The notes under the pieces are model-generated. The model saw only the letters and a program-made list of their open reading frames with translations. It made no database searches and was not told the DNA's origin. The position numbers were made by a program, and so were the translations under genes. Positions 17,161-27,269 of a stretch of DNA of 64,000 bases are shown in pieces; the first letter of the stretch is position 1; each line of letters opens with the position of its first letter. This stretch comes from a virus: the IMG/VR virus record IMGVR_UViG_3300044568_004364. The stretch is one strand, 5' to 3'.

Positions 17161-17844
17161 TTACTTTATTAATTTTCGTAGCCCATTTACTAGCGCTACA
17201 ATTAATTTTACATGTGTTGGTCCAGGCCATGGGAAGGTTAAACCAATCATACCAGTTGCGAAGAGTAACAGCATGCGTGTGCCATCAGTTCCGCCAAATA
17301 ATGAGCCAAGAGAATATGTTCCGCCAACTGCGCGTAATATGTCAGAAAAGTCAAAATCAAAATTAGCGTCTCCAGTAAATGACATGTTTAACCAAATATA
17401 TATCAGCATTCCCGCAACAGCAAATCCGCCAATGCGTTTTACCTTTGGGTGATTTTGTAAGAAATCATCAAGGCCGTGTAATGCTGCTGTGGTCCATTTT
17501 ACGATCTTTGTTTGTGCAACATACTCAGCAATCGCTTTTTGTATGTCTGCATATGCATTAAATCCTGCCTTAATATATGACCATAACTTATTAAGGTTAA
17601 ACCGTATTGCATTAAAAAATTTAAATACTCTGCTGTCTTTAAATAGTGAAACGACATCTTCAAGTTTCATTGCACCATATTGTGCAACCGATTTAATAAA
17701 GTCAAGCTTGCTCTTTATACCAGCAGTAAGTGTATCTAATATTCCTTCATTTAGAGCATGCCCTGATTCAATCACTGAAAGAGCGGCATAATAATCGCTC
17801 TCGGATTGAATAGATTCTGCTGTAAATTCTGAATATTTCTTCAT
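17161..17844 (-). CDS. Hypothetical protein with hydrophobic C-terminal segments
   Basis: Probable start MKKYSEF (ATGA overlap with regA stop). Confidence 0.6.
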   Translation of the reverse strand: MKKYSEFTAESIQSESDYYAALSVIESGHALNEGILDTLTAGIKSKLDFIKSVAQYGAMKLEDVVSLFKDSRVFKFFNAIRFNLNKLWSYIKAGFNAYADIQKAIAEYVAQTKIVKWTTAALHGLDDFLQNHPKVKRIGGFAVAGMLIYIWLNMSFTGDANFDFDFSDILRAVGGTYSLGSLFGGTDGTRMLLLFATGMIGLTFPWPGPTHVKLIVALVNGLRKLIK

Positions 17845-18278
17845 GCTTTTTTCTTTACGTTGCCAATACTGTATTTTGAGCGCAATTCCCACTCTGACTT
17901 TTCGCGATGCGATATGATCTTTATTTGCTTTAGCGATGTGGTATCCTTTATGCTTTCTTTATGCGCGATTGAAAGCAAGTTCCAATCTGAAAGTAGCAGT
18001 GTAATTGTATTGCGACGCGCACAATCTTCACGAGTAAAAGTAGATGGTTTTCCATCCAACATAAAGAGTTCCTTAAAGTGTACAATAAAGTAACGACCTT
18101 GTTTATGCAAGATGTGACAACTCTGAAATAATACATTTTCTTCACGCTTACTAGAGATACCAATACGTGATAGTGTTTCTTTAATCTTTAAAAAGTCATC
18201 TGGGTCATGTAATACTACCTCCAACATATCAGTTGGAGTCCATTCAATCACCTCTGAGGGTTCATAATTTGTGTTCAT
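17841..18278 (-). CDS. regA: Translational repressor RegA
   Basis: DDFLKIKETLSRIGI, LFQSCHILHKQGRYFIVHFKELF.LDG, RRNTI. Confidence 0.95.
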   Translation of the reverse strand: MNTNYEPSEVIEWTPTDMLEVVLHDPDDFLKIKETLSRIGISSKREENVLFQSCHILHKQGRYFIVHFKELFMLDGKPSTFTREDCARRNTITLLLSDWNLLSIAHKESIKDTTSLKQIKIISHREKSEWELRSKYSIGNVKKKA

Positions 18279-18319
18279 AATGTTCTACTATGTATTTATA
18301 ATAAAACATTTTTTACAAA

Positions 18320-18760
18320 TTATCGTCCGCCATGATCATGGCGCTTCTTTAATTGCGCCAATGCAGATTCACTAAAGAGTGGAGCTACAGCTCTCGCCTT
18401 CTCTGCGCTGTAATCATATTCTTTCATAATGAGAGCTATACTTTCGCCATCATCAGCGCTCTTCGCCCACTTGCTAAAACGCTTACGCGGACGTATTGCA
18501 TTTTTAAGAAAGTCATATTGCATCTTATGAGGTAAGCTGCTGTAACGATTCATTTCATTTGCAAATAGAACGCTATCATTAAAGTATGATAACCCTCGAT
18601 TAATTATGAAAGGAACATACTGCCGATCCGCGCGTGACGGATCTGGCAGTGATTCACTAGTATCAGCGCTGCAGTCAACCATTAAGTCCGCTGCAGCCTG
18701 TCCACCGTTGATTGAATTAATAAAATCAAACGGTGTTAATTTTTTTATTTCTTTGTCCAT
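18320..18760 (-). CDS. 62: Clamp loader small subunit
   Basis: Y.PFIINRGLS, ANEMN, QYDFL...IR.RKRFSKW; synteny. Confidence 0.9.
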   Translation of the reverse strand: MDKEIKKLTPFDFINSINGGQAAADLMVDCSADTSESLPDPSRADRQYVPFIINRGLSYFNDSVLFANEMNRYSSLPHKMQYDFLKNAIRPRKRFSKWAKSADDGESIALIMKEYDYSAEKARAVAPLFSESALAQLKKRHDHGGR

Positions 18761-19692
18761 TCAACATTTCCCATTAGTTCTGTCATGCAGGCAACCATGT
18801 TAAGTTCTTTATCACTAACAAAAGCTGCCTTGTAACTATAGTCAGCAAGAATAAGTACTGCTGACGGTATTGTAGATGGTGTTGCAAAATCATATAGGTT
18901 GTCATAAATTTTTCGGAATACTACGGTGCTGTCCAAGCTGCTATTATTTACCACCCAACTGCGCATGCTCTTAAAGTCTTTAGCTCTCAAATAGTTTGCA
19001 AGTTCGGCAATGCTTTCATCGCTCATGCCAACGAGAATTGCTGCGGGGATTTCTCCACTACTGCTATAACGCTGACATTCATTAATCACACGGCGCCAAT
19101 CTGGCGCATAACGTATAATCAATTCCGCGAGTGTTTGTTCATGATATTTAATTCCTTCAGCTTGAAGAATAGTCATCATGCGCTTCATGAAGTCTTTAGC
19201 TAGAGGAGCTAGCGACTTTTTGTTTGTATTAAATTCAATTACACTGCATCGGCTGTGTAATGGTTCAATAATACGATTCTTAAAGTTGCATGTTAGAATG
19301 AAACGACAATTATTGCTAAACTCTTCAATAAAGCCACGCAGCGCTGGCATTGTTGATTGCGGATTTAAGTAATCTGCCTCATCAAGAATGACAACTTTAT
19401 AGCCGCCAGTTAGCGATACAGTACTTGCAAATTGTTTAATCTTGTTGCGCAATACATCAATACCACTTTCTTCACTGCCGTTGATAAGGATAAAATCCAA
19501 TCCCAACATATTGCATAGTGCTTTAGCGACAGTTGTTTTACCCAAGCCAGCAGTGCCAGCAAGTAATAGGTTAGGCAGCTGTCCTCCGCGCACAAGTTCA
19601 TTGAATGTATTCTTTAGCTCTTTTGGCAAGATGCATTCATCAATTGTGCGCGGGCGATATTTTTCGACCCATAAGTATTCATCTGACTTCAT
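18745..19692 (-). CDS. 44: Clamp loader large subunit
   Basis: LWVEKYRP, G.GKTT, DEAD, SRC. Confidence 0.95.
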   Translation of the reverse strand: MKSDEYLWVEKYRPRTIDECILPKELKNTFNELVRGGQLPNLLLAGTAGLGKTTVAKALCNMLGLDFILINGSEESGIDVLRNKIKQFASTVSLTGGYKVVILDEADYLNPQSTMPALRGFIEEFSNNCRFILTCNFKNRIIEPLHSRCSVIEFNTNKKSLAPLAKDFMKRMMTILQAEGIKYHEQTLAELIIRYAPDWRRVINECQRYSSSGEIPAAILVGMSDESIAELANYLRAKDFKSMRSWVVNNSSLDSTVVFRKIYDNLYDFATPSTIPSAVLILADYSYKAAFVSDKELNMVACMTELMGNVEWTKK

Positions 19693-19701
19693 GTTATTAT
19701 A

Positions 19702-19956
19702 TTATACCAAAGTGATGTGCTTGTAAACGTTTTTAATGTCTGCAGTCTCATTTTCAAATTGTGCAGCATTCTTTTTGTAATACAAACGGGATACTTTGCG
19801 TATAAGTGGTTTTGGCAACTCGAATGTTTCTGAGGCAGCGACAATGATCTCTTTAATTTGTTCGCGGCATTCGTCCATAGCTTCAAGTTGAATGCTAATT
19901 TCTTTTACTACATCAAGTAGTTCTTTCTTTGTTTTTTCGTCGGTCAAGTCAATCAT
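19702..19956 (-). CDS. dsDNA-binding protein, T4 DsbA-like
   Basis: 84 aa; IKEI...E...PK.LIRK...LYYK.N...FE.E pattern. Confidence 0.65.
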   Translation of the reverse strand: MIDLTDEKTKKELLDVVKEISIQLEAMDECREQIKEIIVAASETFELPKPLIRKVSRLYYKKNAAQFENETADIKNVYKHITLV

Positions 19957-19980
19957 AATATGTAATGTTTATAGGCGAGT

Positions 19981-20013
19981 GCTGGCTATAGAATATCATA
20001 CTCTATAGCCAGC
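19981..20013. terminator. 12-bp hairpin (terminator or processing site)
   Basis: GCTGGCTATAGA-9nt-TCTATAGCCAGC; the T-run follows on the + strand only. Confidence 0.5.
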
Positions 20014-20020
20014 TGGTTTT

Positions 20021-20290
20021 TTATTGCGCAGCAGTATCTTCAGTTTCAGACGCAAACTTAAATTCAGTTTGGCCAGCATCAACAGTTGTTGATGTATTGG
20101 TTGTCTCAGCTGGGTTGTTTTCAGTTGCTTCATCTGCTGTTGGCATTATAGCTTTCAGCTTTTCAAACAGCCCTCCGACTACTTGAAATTCAGATGCTTC
20201 AAATGCTCCACGTCGTGAAGCGGTTGCAATGATGTTATGCATTAGGATAACATCATTCATTGTCAATGGTTGCGGTTCGTCTTGGTTCAT
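20021..20290 (-). CDS. Conserved hypothetical protein
   Basis: II..ASRRGAF...E...VG motif with acidic tail. Confidence 0.65.
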   Translation of the reverse strand: MNQDEPQPLTMNDVILMHNIIATASRRGAFEASEFQVVGGLFEKLKAIMPTADEATENNPAETTNTSTTVDAGQTEFKFASETEDTAAQ

Positions 20291-20293
20291 AAG

Positions 20294-20974
20294 TTATGCT
20301 TTGTGGGAGGAAGATTTTTCGAGAGCAATGTAATATTGCACAGGTTGAGTTTCATTTTTCCAATGACTAATAAGTTTGCTTACATATGCAATGCTTACTG
20401 TATAATCACCTGGGATTACTTTAAGATTGGCAATCATGAATTGCAAATCAAATGTTTGCTTTTGCACGTTATCTTCATCAATGATTAATGAGAATGTATT
20501 TGACGCGCTATTTTTTGGATCAACAATGTTGAGTGTGATAACTCCATCCTCGCCGCAAATCGAGAGAACGCTATGACCTAATACGCCAGCTGCTTTACGA
20601 ATTTGAGTGATTGTTTCAGCTGATAGACGCACGGTCAAGTCAGTTTGCGGCATATTAATTTTACTCTTTGGAGTTGTAAGAATGCTCTCATCAGCAAACC
20701 GATATGACGCACGGCTCTTACCAGATTTAAAGATTACGCTGCTATCGGTGACTGATAGTTCAGGTTCATTCATCAATGAAAACATGCTAATGAATTCATT
20801 AAGATCATAAATACCAAAGTTGGATGGAAAGCTTTCGCTAATCGTAGCTTCAGCCATAATGTTTTTTGCTTCGGAGATTGTCGCTAGAGGTTCACCTGCT
20901 TTAATAACCAGATTGGAATTAATGCTTGCAAAATTCTTTAGAATATCAAGTGTTGCTTGTGTTAGTTTAATCAT
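20294..20974 (-). CDS. 45: Sliding clamp
   Basis: LKNFASIN, FGIYDLNEF, NLK.IPGDY.V, YYIALE. Confidence 0.95.
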   Translation of the reverse strand: MIKLTQATLDILKNFASINSNLVIKAGEPLATISEAKNIMAEATISESFPSNFGIYDLNEFISMFSLMNEPELSVTDSSVIFKSGKSRASYRFADESILTTPKSKINMPQTDLTVRLSAETITQIRKAAGVLGHSVLSICGEDGVITLNIVDPKNSASNTFSLIIDEDNVQKQTFDLQFMIANLKVIPGDYTVSIAYVSKLISHWKNETQPVQYYIALEKSSSHKA

Positions 20975-20987
20975 ATTGTGTAAAGTT

Positions 20988-21016
20988 ATTATATATTGAA
21001 AAGTGTATAATGTAAA
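20988..21016 (-). promoter_or_regulatory. Sigma70-type promoter TTTACA-17-TATAAT for gp45
   Basis: -35 at 21011-21016, -10 at 20988-20993. Confidence 0.75.
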
Positions 21017-21022
21017 TAGTTT

Positions 21023-21298
21023 TTATTGTTTTAACTCATAAAGAAACATCATGCTTACAATCGCGTGTGCCGTATGATGCAATCCAGATTCAGGGTCATG
21101 CGTTTCGCCTCGACGTATTGCCCAAAGATGCCGTTGTGCTGCAGCAAAATATCTGTTTTCAGCATCCTCCAACATCTTCCAGTTTTCACGTGAGTATTTG
21201 CTTTTCCCATATGTTAATGCGCGTGCCACTTCCTCAAGCGCATGTGGTGGTATTAGACTATAGTCAGGTTTTTCAGAATCGTATTTGACGCCTTGCAT
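21023..21298 (-). CDS. DUF5664-like dATP/dGTP diphosphohydrolase domain protein
   Basis: G.KYD..KP..SLIP...L.EVA..LTYG..KY...NW...RH......GE..DPESGL.H.AHA. Confidence 0.85.
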   Translation of the reverse strand: MQGVKYDSEKPDYSLIPPHALEEVARALTYGKSKYSRENWKMLEDAENRYFAAAQRHLWAIRRGETHDPESGLHHTAHAIVSMMFLYELKQ

Positions 21299-21316
21299 AT
21301 GTGTTTCGTATAATAC

Positions 21317-21360
21317 AAAACCGTAGCGGTGGATTTTCGCCCACCGCTACGGCTTCTTTT
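21317..21360. terminator. Intrinsic terminator, probably bidirectional
   Basis: CCGTAGCGGTGG-8nt-CCACCGCTACGG flanked by AAAA and CTTCTTTT. Confidence 0.85.
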
Positions 21361-21367
21361 AACTTAA

Positions 21368-21640
21368 TTAGGCATTCTTACGACCTTTGCTTGCCTTGGT
21401 AGGCTGGGCAAGGACATACTTACGCACAACACCACGACGTGTTTGAGTCTCATTCATTGCAATCGGCAACCCATGCTCAGTGCGTAGCGAGTTAACAACA
21501 CGGCGAGGATCAGCAATGCCAGCAGAACGTGCTTCATCGATTGTGAACTCATGACCCGCGCTCAAGAATTCAGCGATTGCCTCTTTCTGAGTGTTGTTTT
21601 TTACGAGGCGCTTCAGTTTGTTTGTTTCAGTTTGTTTCAT
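21368..21640 (-). CDS. Winged helix-turn-helix DNA-binding protein
   Basis: L..G..FT..EAR..GI.DPRRVV..LR...G..I pattern; basic termini. Confidence 0.65.
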   Translation of the reverse strand: MKQTETNKLKRLVKNNTQKEAIAEFLSAGHEFTIDEARSAGIADPRRVVNSLRTEHGLPIAMNETQTRRGVVRKYVLAQPTKASKGRKNA

Positions 21641-21726
21641 AACGTATTTTATTTTCTATTTGTTTGTTTGTTTGTTTGTGGTCTATTTATTACTATGTTT
21701 AGCGTAGACCGATCGCTAAAGTTTTC

Positions 21727-22929
21727 TTATGCAGATACCTCAGCGGTTTCAGGCTGAGCTTCTGCACCTGAGAGTTCTTTGATTTGATCACTATCAATTT
21801 TAGTGTAAAGGTCAAGAAAGGCTTCGCGTGTTTCAATCTCGAAGCGAGCAATGCACATGCTGATTGCTGCAAGGCGATCATTGAAGATGCTATATGCTTT
21901 AACAATGTGGCACAGGCGGCGTGTACTAATGAGTTCGTCCACACCCTCGGCTTCATATGTTCGGCGGATCACGTTACTCCATGCCACCAACTTATCGGTA
22001 AACTCTGAGTCATTGAGGTTTAGCGATTGCATGTGACGTGCTACGATGTCGTGCTCGACCTTAAAGGACGGATATTGTTGATCGATTGTAGCGACAAATC
22101 GCTCAATGAAAGCTTCATCAATAATAGTAGCCGCGCTGTATCGCCCATCTTCACTGCCTCGGCCTTTGGTATTGGCTGTGGCAATAACATTGAAGCCTGC
22201 TTTAGGCGTGATCACTTGCCCGATCTTTTTGATAAGAATCGGTTTGCCTTCAAGCACACCTTGTAAACACATGATCTTGTTACTGCCGCGGTCAAGCTCA
22301 TCAATAAGGAGGATGCAACCGCGTTCCATTGCTTTAATTACTGGACCTTTTTGGAAAACTGTCTCGCCATTGATGAGACGGAATCCACCAATGAGATCGT
22401 CTTCATCGGTCTCTGGGCTGATTTGAACGCGGACATATTCACGCTTGAGTTTAGCACACGCTTGTTCTACCATGATGGTCTTACCGTTACCGCTCATCCC
22501 GCTGATGTATAGTGGGAAGAACATCCGTGATTCTATGATTCGTTGGATGTTCTTATATTCACCCCAGCGGACAAATGTAGGATCCACTGCAGGGATAAAA
22601 ATGTCATCATTGGAAACTGACGAGACGCTAGCCGCAAGTTGAACGTGTGCAGCCTGTGGCTTAGGAGCTGGTGCAACATGTGCAACGATTGGGGAGGCCG
22701 AAAGTGCAGCAGCCATAACAGCAGCGCCGACGGAAAGACCAGATAGGTCAAATTTGCCATGTCCAACACGGCGTGCATTACCGTGAATGTTTTCACAAAT
22801 TTCACGGTACTTAAGGCCATGAGCACGCCCAACCTCGTAAATTGCTTTGGATGTTACAGCACCATTTGCGTCAGCGTGGTGCTGGATGAGTTCGGCAATG
22901 GTGGCTTCAATTTTCGCTTTGTCTAACAT
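21727..22929 (-). CDS. MoxR/CobS-like AAA+ ATPase
   Basis: GMSGNGKT, ETDEDDLIGG, LLIDELD, ATANTKGRG, ISTRRL. Confidence 0.92.
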   Translation of the reverse strand: MLDKAKIEATIAELIQHHADANGAVTSKAIYEVGRAHGLKYREICENIHGNARRVGHGKFDLSGLSVGAAVMAAALSASPIVAHVAPAPKPQAAHVQLAASVSSVSNDDIFIPAVDPTFVRWGEYKNIQRIIESRMFFPLYISGMSGNGKTIMVEQACAKLKREYVRVQISPETDEDDLIGGFRLINGETVFQKGPVIKAMERGCILLIDELDRGSNKIMCLQGVLEGKPILIKKIGQVITPKAGFNVIATANTKGRGSEDGRYSAATIIDEAFIERFVATIDQQYPSFKVEHDIVARHMQSLNLNDSEFTDKLVAWSNVIRRTYEAEGVDELISTRRLCHIVKAYSIFNDRLAAISMCIARFEIETREAFLDLYTKIDSDQIKELSGAEAQPETAEVSA

Positions 22930-22961
22930 AATGTATTTTGTTTGGTATCGGTTACAGATTT

Positions 22962-22990
22962 ATTATAAACTATTTCTTAGGATTTGTAAA
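22962..22990 (-). promoter_or_regulatory. Sigma70-type promoter TTTACA-17-TATAAT
   Basis: -35 at 22985-22990, -10 at 22962-22967. Confidence 0.75.
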
Positions 22991-23018
22991 TAGAAAAATG
23001 CTAAAATATTCATTTTTT

Positions 23019-25430
23019 TCAAGCAATAATTTCGGCAAATTTGCTCAGGAAAACACGGTTCGTTTTTTTGTCCGTATTGAACTTGGTGAATGCCTTAGCA
23101 ATTTTGTTTTGAGAAGATGCACTGGTGTAATCAATGTCCTCATCAAGATCAGGATTGAATTCCTCATCACTGTTGACCGTAAGATTGTTATCGGCATCAA
23201 AGATAAAGTATGCATCAAATTTGAATCCGCCCATCACAGTGAAACACTTATCACGACGTGCAGCGTTCATTTGCGGTTTAAAGCGCTCAAGAGCATTGGC
23301 CCATGTTATGATGTTCTTACCTTGATATTGCATTGCGGCAATACAGTTATTCTTGAATGTGCTTTTATATTCTGCAATGAAGAATCCAATCGTGGTCACT
23401 CCGCATGTCACTTTTAAATTTTCAATAAGTTTTGCATACATATGTCGATCACGGTGATCGATAATAATGTTGCGCCCATATAGTGGTAATACTACCTTAG
23501 AGGAATATGCTGTCTTTTTTTCATATAATTTTGCACTGGTGTCAGCGCTCCATCGCAATCCATTTCCATCGCCGTCAGTAAGAAATACTACATTTGTCTT
23601 TTGGACATTATGTTTAGATTTGAAACGCTTAACGAGTTCATGTGCAATAATAACCGTCTCATGTAATGGCGTCCCATTTAGTACTTCATACCGCCCGCCT
23701 AGAGGGAACGCATTACTTGCACTACAGCTATTAGCTAAACCCCACCGCGTTTGTGCTTTAAGTTCTCGGCATGCGAGGTCAAATCGTTTTTTGTCAAGCG
23801 AAGAATGTATGAGTTGAAAAACCTTGGTATTTTCAAAGGATGCACTAAGGCCTGGGAGAGTATCCTTAGGAGTCATATCCTGCATCCGATCCGGTTGAGT
23901 TGATGCATTATAGACGTAATGAGCTTCAATACTTGTGAATCCATAAACTTCAAATGGAATACCCACGGCTTTGCAAAAGTACACAAGCTGCAGAGTCTGA
24001 TCAATGACGCGGCCGATAGTGTTTCTCATCGAGCCAGAATAGTCAATGAAAAACATCATACCATGATTCTTGGCATCTGCTAGCGATGTCACGCTCTTAA
24101 AAATGTTATCCTCGAACTTGTAGGCATGCAAACGATTCACGTTGATTGCACCAGTGTCGGATGTCCGTGCACGTGAATATTGATATGCAGCTTTGCGCCG
24201 CTCAAATTCATTTACAAGCACCGAAATATTCTTAGCGGTAGTCTTTTTAAATTCTTTCCAAACATCATTGAATGCAGATGAATTCATAACTGCTTCATAG
24301 TGAGCTGGCATTGATGTACGGCGATCTTCCATAACTTCCTCAACGCTAATAACGCTCCGCATCATATCTTCAACCCTAGGAGCATTTGCTATTGGATATT
24401 CACCCGCTTCAGCTTGCAGCGATTTTAGGTTGTCCTCAATATTGCGCTGTGTAGCTGAAGTCAATTCCTTGTTATCAGCGCCACTCTTTGGACGTTGTGT
24501 TTGTGATTTTTGCGGCGGTGCAGATTCTTTTTGCGACTCACCGTCATTTGCAGTGTTATCTTTATCATCACATGGAACCGTGTTGCCGTCATCAGCGGAT
24601 TCACCGCCTTGCTGTGCAGTGCCATCAGAATCGGATGCATCATCATCATTGTCGGATTCTTCGGATGATCCGTTGCTAGGTTGCGAATTTTCAGTATCAG
24701 AGCTATCTTTATTATTTGACGGCGTATCGGCTTGTTTACCAGTTTGCTTGCCAGTTTGCTTGCCGTCATCTGAGGCGGATTCACCACCTTGAGGTGCACT
24801 GTCTTCTTTAATGCTGTCCTCTGCAGATTGATTTGTTTGTGGCTGCTTTTGCTTTTCATCATCATGTGAATCGACATATGCAGCAATTTCTTTACAAAGT
24901 ATTAATACGTCATCATATGTTTGTGCAGCAATGCAGCGGTTGTAAATATCAGTCTCTTCAGCATTAAACGGCACATTCACAAATTCACCAATCTTGGCGT
25001 GTATATTTAAACGGTCGGCAAATCCAAGATCTTCAAGACGTTCTCCTGCAATTTTGAAAAAGTCTTTCTGCACAAAGTATGAATACCCTTGTTTAAAAGA
25101 GTGTACCAATCCTGGGTAGTTATTCTTGATCATCCGCTCAATACGAATGTCTTCAACGATGTTGCCAATATCAAACGGTACATTTGGCAACTCAGTTTTA
25201 AAACGGTCAATTGCATCGGATGGAGTATATAGAGCGTGTCCAACTTCATGGCCGATAAGAAGATCGGATACGTTTTTATTATCTACATTCCATGTTGGAA
25301 GACCGAGGATCCGTTTTTTAATATCGAAAAATGCGGTATGGTAATTACCCACACAAACTCGGATATTTTCTTTGGCAAGTAATTTTGCCAGTTTGGTTTG
25401 TGATTCACGATTAACAGCGGCTGCTTTCAT
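23019..25430 (-). CDS. CobT-like metallopeptidase-VWA protein (AAA partner)
   Basis: HEVGHAL, NIVEDIRIE, acidic linker, MIDAS DYSGSM, GTPL, FLTDG. Confidence 0.88.
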   Translation of the reverse strand: MKAAAVNRESQTKLAKLLAKENIRVCVGNYHTAFFDIKKRILGLPTWNVDNKNVSDLLIGHEVGHALYTPSDAIDRFKTELPNVPFDIGNIVEDIRIERMIKNNYPGLVHSFKQGYSYFVQKDFFKIAGERLEDLGFADRLNIHAKIGEFVNVPFNAEETDIYNRCIAAQTYDDVLILCKEIAAYVDSHDDEKQKQPQTNQSAEDSIKEDSAPQGGESASDDGKQTGKQTGKQADTPSNNKDSSDTENSQPSNGSSEESDNDDDASDSDGTAQQGGESADDGNTVPCDDKDNTANDGESQKESAPPQKSQTQRPKSGADNKELTSATQRNIEDNLKSLQAEAGEYPIANAPRVEDMMRSVISVEEVMEDRRTSMPAHYEAVMNSSAFNDVWKEFKKTTAKNISVLVNEFERRKAAYQYSRARTSDTGAINVNRLHAYKFEDNIFKSVTSLADAKNHGMMFFIDYSGSMRNTIGRVIDQTLQLVYFCKAVGIPFEVYGFTSIEAHYVYNASTQPDRMQDMTPKDTLPGLSASFENTKVFQLIHSSLDKKRFDLACRELKAQTRWGLANSCSASNAFPLGGRYEVLNGTPLHETVIIAHELVKRFKSKHNVQKTNVVFLTDGDGNGLRWSADTSAKLYEKKTAYSSKVVLPLYGRNIIIDHRDRHMYAKLIENLKVTCGVTTIGFFIAEYKSTFKNNCIAAMQYQGKNIITWANALERFKPQMNAARRDKCFTVMGGFKFDAYFIFDADNNLTVNSDEEFNPDLDEDIDYTSASSQNKIAKAFTKFNTDKKTNRVFLSKFAEIIA

Positions 25431-25439
25431 TATGTTACC

Positions 25440-25527
25440 ATAGTACCGTAAAAATCACACTTTGTAAATAAAAAAGTGAAAAAAATGAAAAAAAGTGAAA
25501 ACCCTATTGGCGTATATAGGTCTTCAC
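25440..25527 (-). promoter_or_regulatory. Early promoter cassette, copy 4
   Basis: TTTACA 25463-25468, TACTAT 25440-25445; A/T tracts; hairpin GTGAAAACCCTAT...ATAGGTCTTCAC. Confidence 0.8.
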
Positions 25528-25547
25528 CGTGCTGAAAAAAAGTGTTT

Positions 25548-27269
25548 TTATGACATTTCCTTGATTGTTGTGAAGTTTTTCACCTTTTGGAACTCGATTT
25601 TGCGGTCAAACTTGCTCTCAAGGAGATCTTGTTTGTGGCTAATTACAAATATACGCGTATCCGCATCGAGTGTATTCATGATCTTCAATAGGTTGTCAAC
25701 TCCGTCCGTATCTAGGCTTGCATCAAAAACCTCATCTAGGATGAGGATGTTAACATTGCTACTATTCTTTAGTTTGGCAATTTCCCGCCATGCAAAGAGT
25801 AAGCTTAAATCGATTCTTTGCTTTTCGCCTTCGCTAAATGAACTATATGTAAAGTCATCACGATGGCGGCTCTTGATTGTCTCCGTAAAATTTTCGTCAA
25901 GATTGAAGAGCACAAAGAAGTCAAGCATTTGCAAGTAATGATTTATGAGCTTATTCATTACTGGTAGATATTGGCGTATAATCTTCGTTTTGATGCCAGT
26001 GTCCTTTAGCAGCTCAGCAAGTACTTCGTTATACATGCGCTCGTCGAGTTGTGTTGCGCGCGTCTCGTTATGCGTGTTGTGCTCAGCGTGTAGATTATCA
26101 AGTGTAGATTGAGATAGCTGTAATTCAGCATCTTCATGACGTGTTTGTGCAAGCATACTCAAGTCAGATATACGACGAGTAAATCCGTCAATGATTGTTT
26201 GATTTGAATATGTCTTGTTATGAATCATATTACACCTTTTTAGTTCATCTTGTGTCTTGCGTAATGTTTCCTCAATTTCTGCTAGTGAAAAATTTAGTTT
26301 AGTATATCCTTCGTGCAAACTCTTTGATTGTGACTTGCAACTGTCCATTTTAACGTTTCTAAATTCTGCATCAATGTTTTGATTGCATGTAGGACACTCT
26401 TCATGATTTTCATAAAACTTTGATTCACTCACGAGCTTATGAATATTATCCTTTATCTTGTGGTGATAGCTTAGCAGCGTGTTGCGTGTTTTTTCATTTG
26501 CTGCTAATTGTAATTGCATGCTTGTGTGTTGCGTTGTATATTCTGCATGCAACAGCTCATTTTCATCTGTCATGTCATTTACACTAGCTTTTAGTGTTTC
26601 GATTTCTTCCAGATATTGTGCTACACTATTTTCATTAATTTGCTTAAGGCTTGCAATGTTTGTTTTTTGTAATTCAATCTTTTCCTTAACACTGCCTATT
26701 GCCGATTCTGTATCGCGTATTTGTTCACGCAGCTTTGCACTATTTTCCTTGAGAATACCATTCATCTTGCTAAAGACGCCAATGTCAAGCAAGTCTTCAA
26801 TAACCTCGCGGCGGTGGTGCGCACTAAGCTGCATAAAAGGAGTAAAGTTACTGCTGCCCAATACAACAACCTGATGGAAGCTTTTATGATTAAGTTTAAG
26901 AATATTTGTCTCAAGCAACTTTTGATAGTCGCGTGTATGTGATTCTTGATTAATCAATACGCCATTTTGCCAGATTTCAAAGATGTTAGGCTTTAGGCCA
27001 CGCACAATGCGATAGTTGTTGCCATTCAGTTGGAACTCGATAGATACAAGGCAATTCTTTCCGTTAATGCTATTAACAAGTTGCGGCTTATTGATGTCAC
27101 GATGCGGTTTGCCAAAAAGCACAAAGGAAAGTGCATCAAGCATAAGCGATTTTCCGCTACCATTATGACCGACGATTAGTGTAGAAGCAGTGTCATTAAA
27201 ATTAACTGTGATTTCGTTATCTCCTACGCTTAAGAAGTTCTTGTATTGTAATGTTGTAAATATAATCAT
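25548..27269 (-). CDS. 46: Recombination endonuclease subunit (Rad50/SbcC-like)
   Basis: GHNGSGKS, CPTC hook, FSEGEK, ILDEVFD. Confidence 0.95.
   Translation of the reverse strand: MIIFTTLQYKNFLSVGDNEITVNFNDTASTLIVGHNGSGKSLMLDALSFVLFGKPHRDINKPQLVNSINGKNCLVSIEFQLNGNNYRIVRGLKPNIFEIWQNGVLINQESHTRDYQKLLETNILKLNHKSFHQVVVLGSSNFTPFMQLSAHHRREVIEDLLDIGVFSKMNGILKENSAKLREQIRDTESAIGSVKEKIELQKTNIASLKQINENSVAQYLEEIETLKASVNDMTDENELLHAEYTTQHTSMQLQLAANEKTRNTLLSYHHKIKDNIHKLVSESKFYENHEECPTCNQNIDAEFRNVKMDSCKSQSKSLHEGYTKLNFSLAEIEETLRKTQDELKRCNMIHNKTYSNQTIIDGFTRRISDLSMLAQTRHEDAELQLSQSTLDNLHAEHNTHNETRATQLDERMYNEVLAELLKDTGIKTKIIRQYLPVMNKLINHYLQMLDFFVLFNLDENFTETIKSRHRDDFTYSSFSEGEKQRIDLSLLFAWREIAKLKNSSNVNILILDEVFDASLDTDGVDNLLKIMNTLDADTRIFVISHKQDLLESKFDRKIEFQKVKNFTTIKEMS

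Noticed and set aside
21727-25430. CobS/CobT-like pair as cobalamin biosynthesis genes or a novel system
   Set aside because: MoxR AAA-VWA pairs are common in T4-like aquatic phages, and no other cob genes are present.
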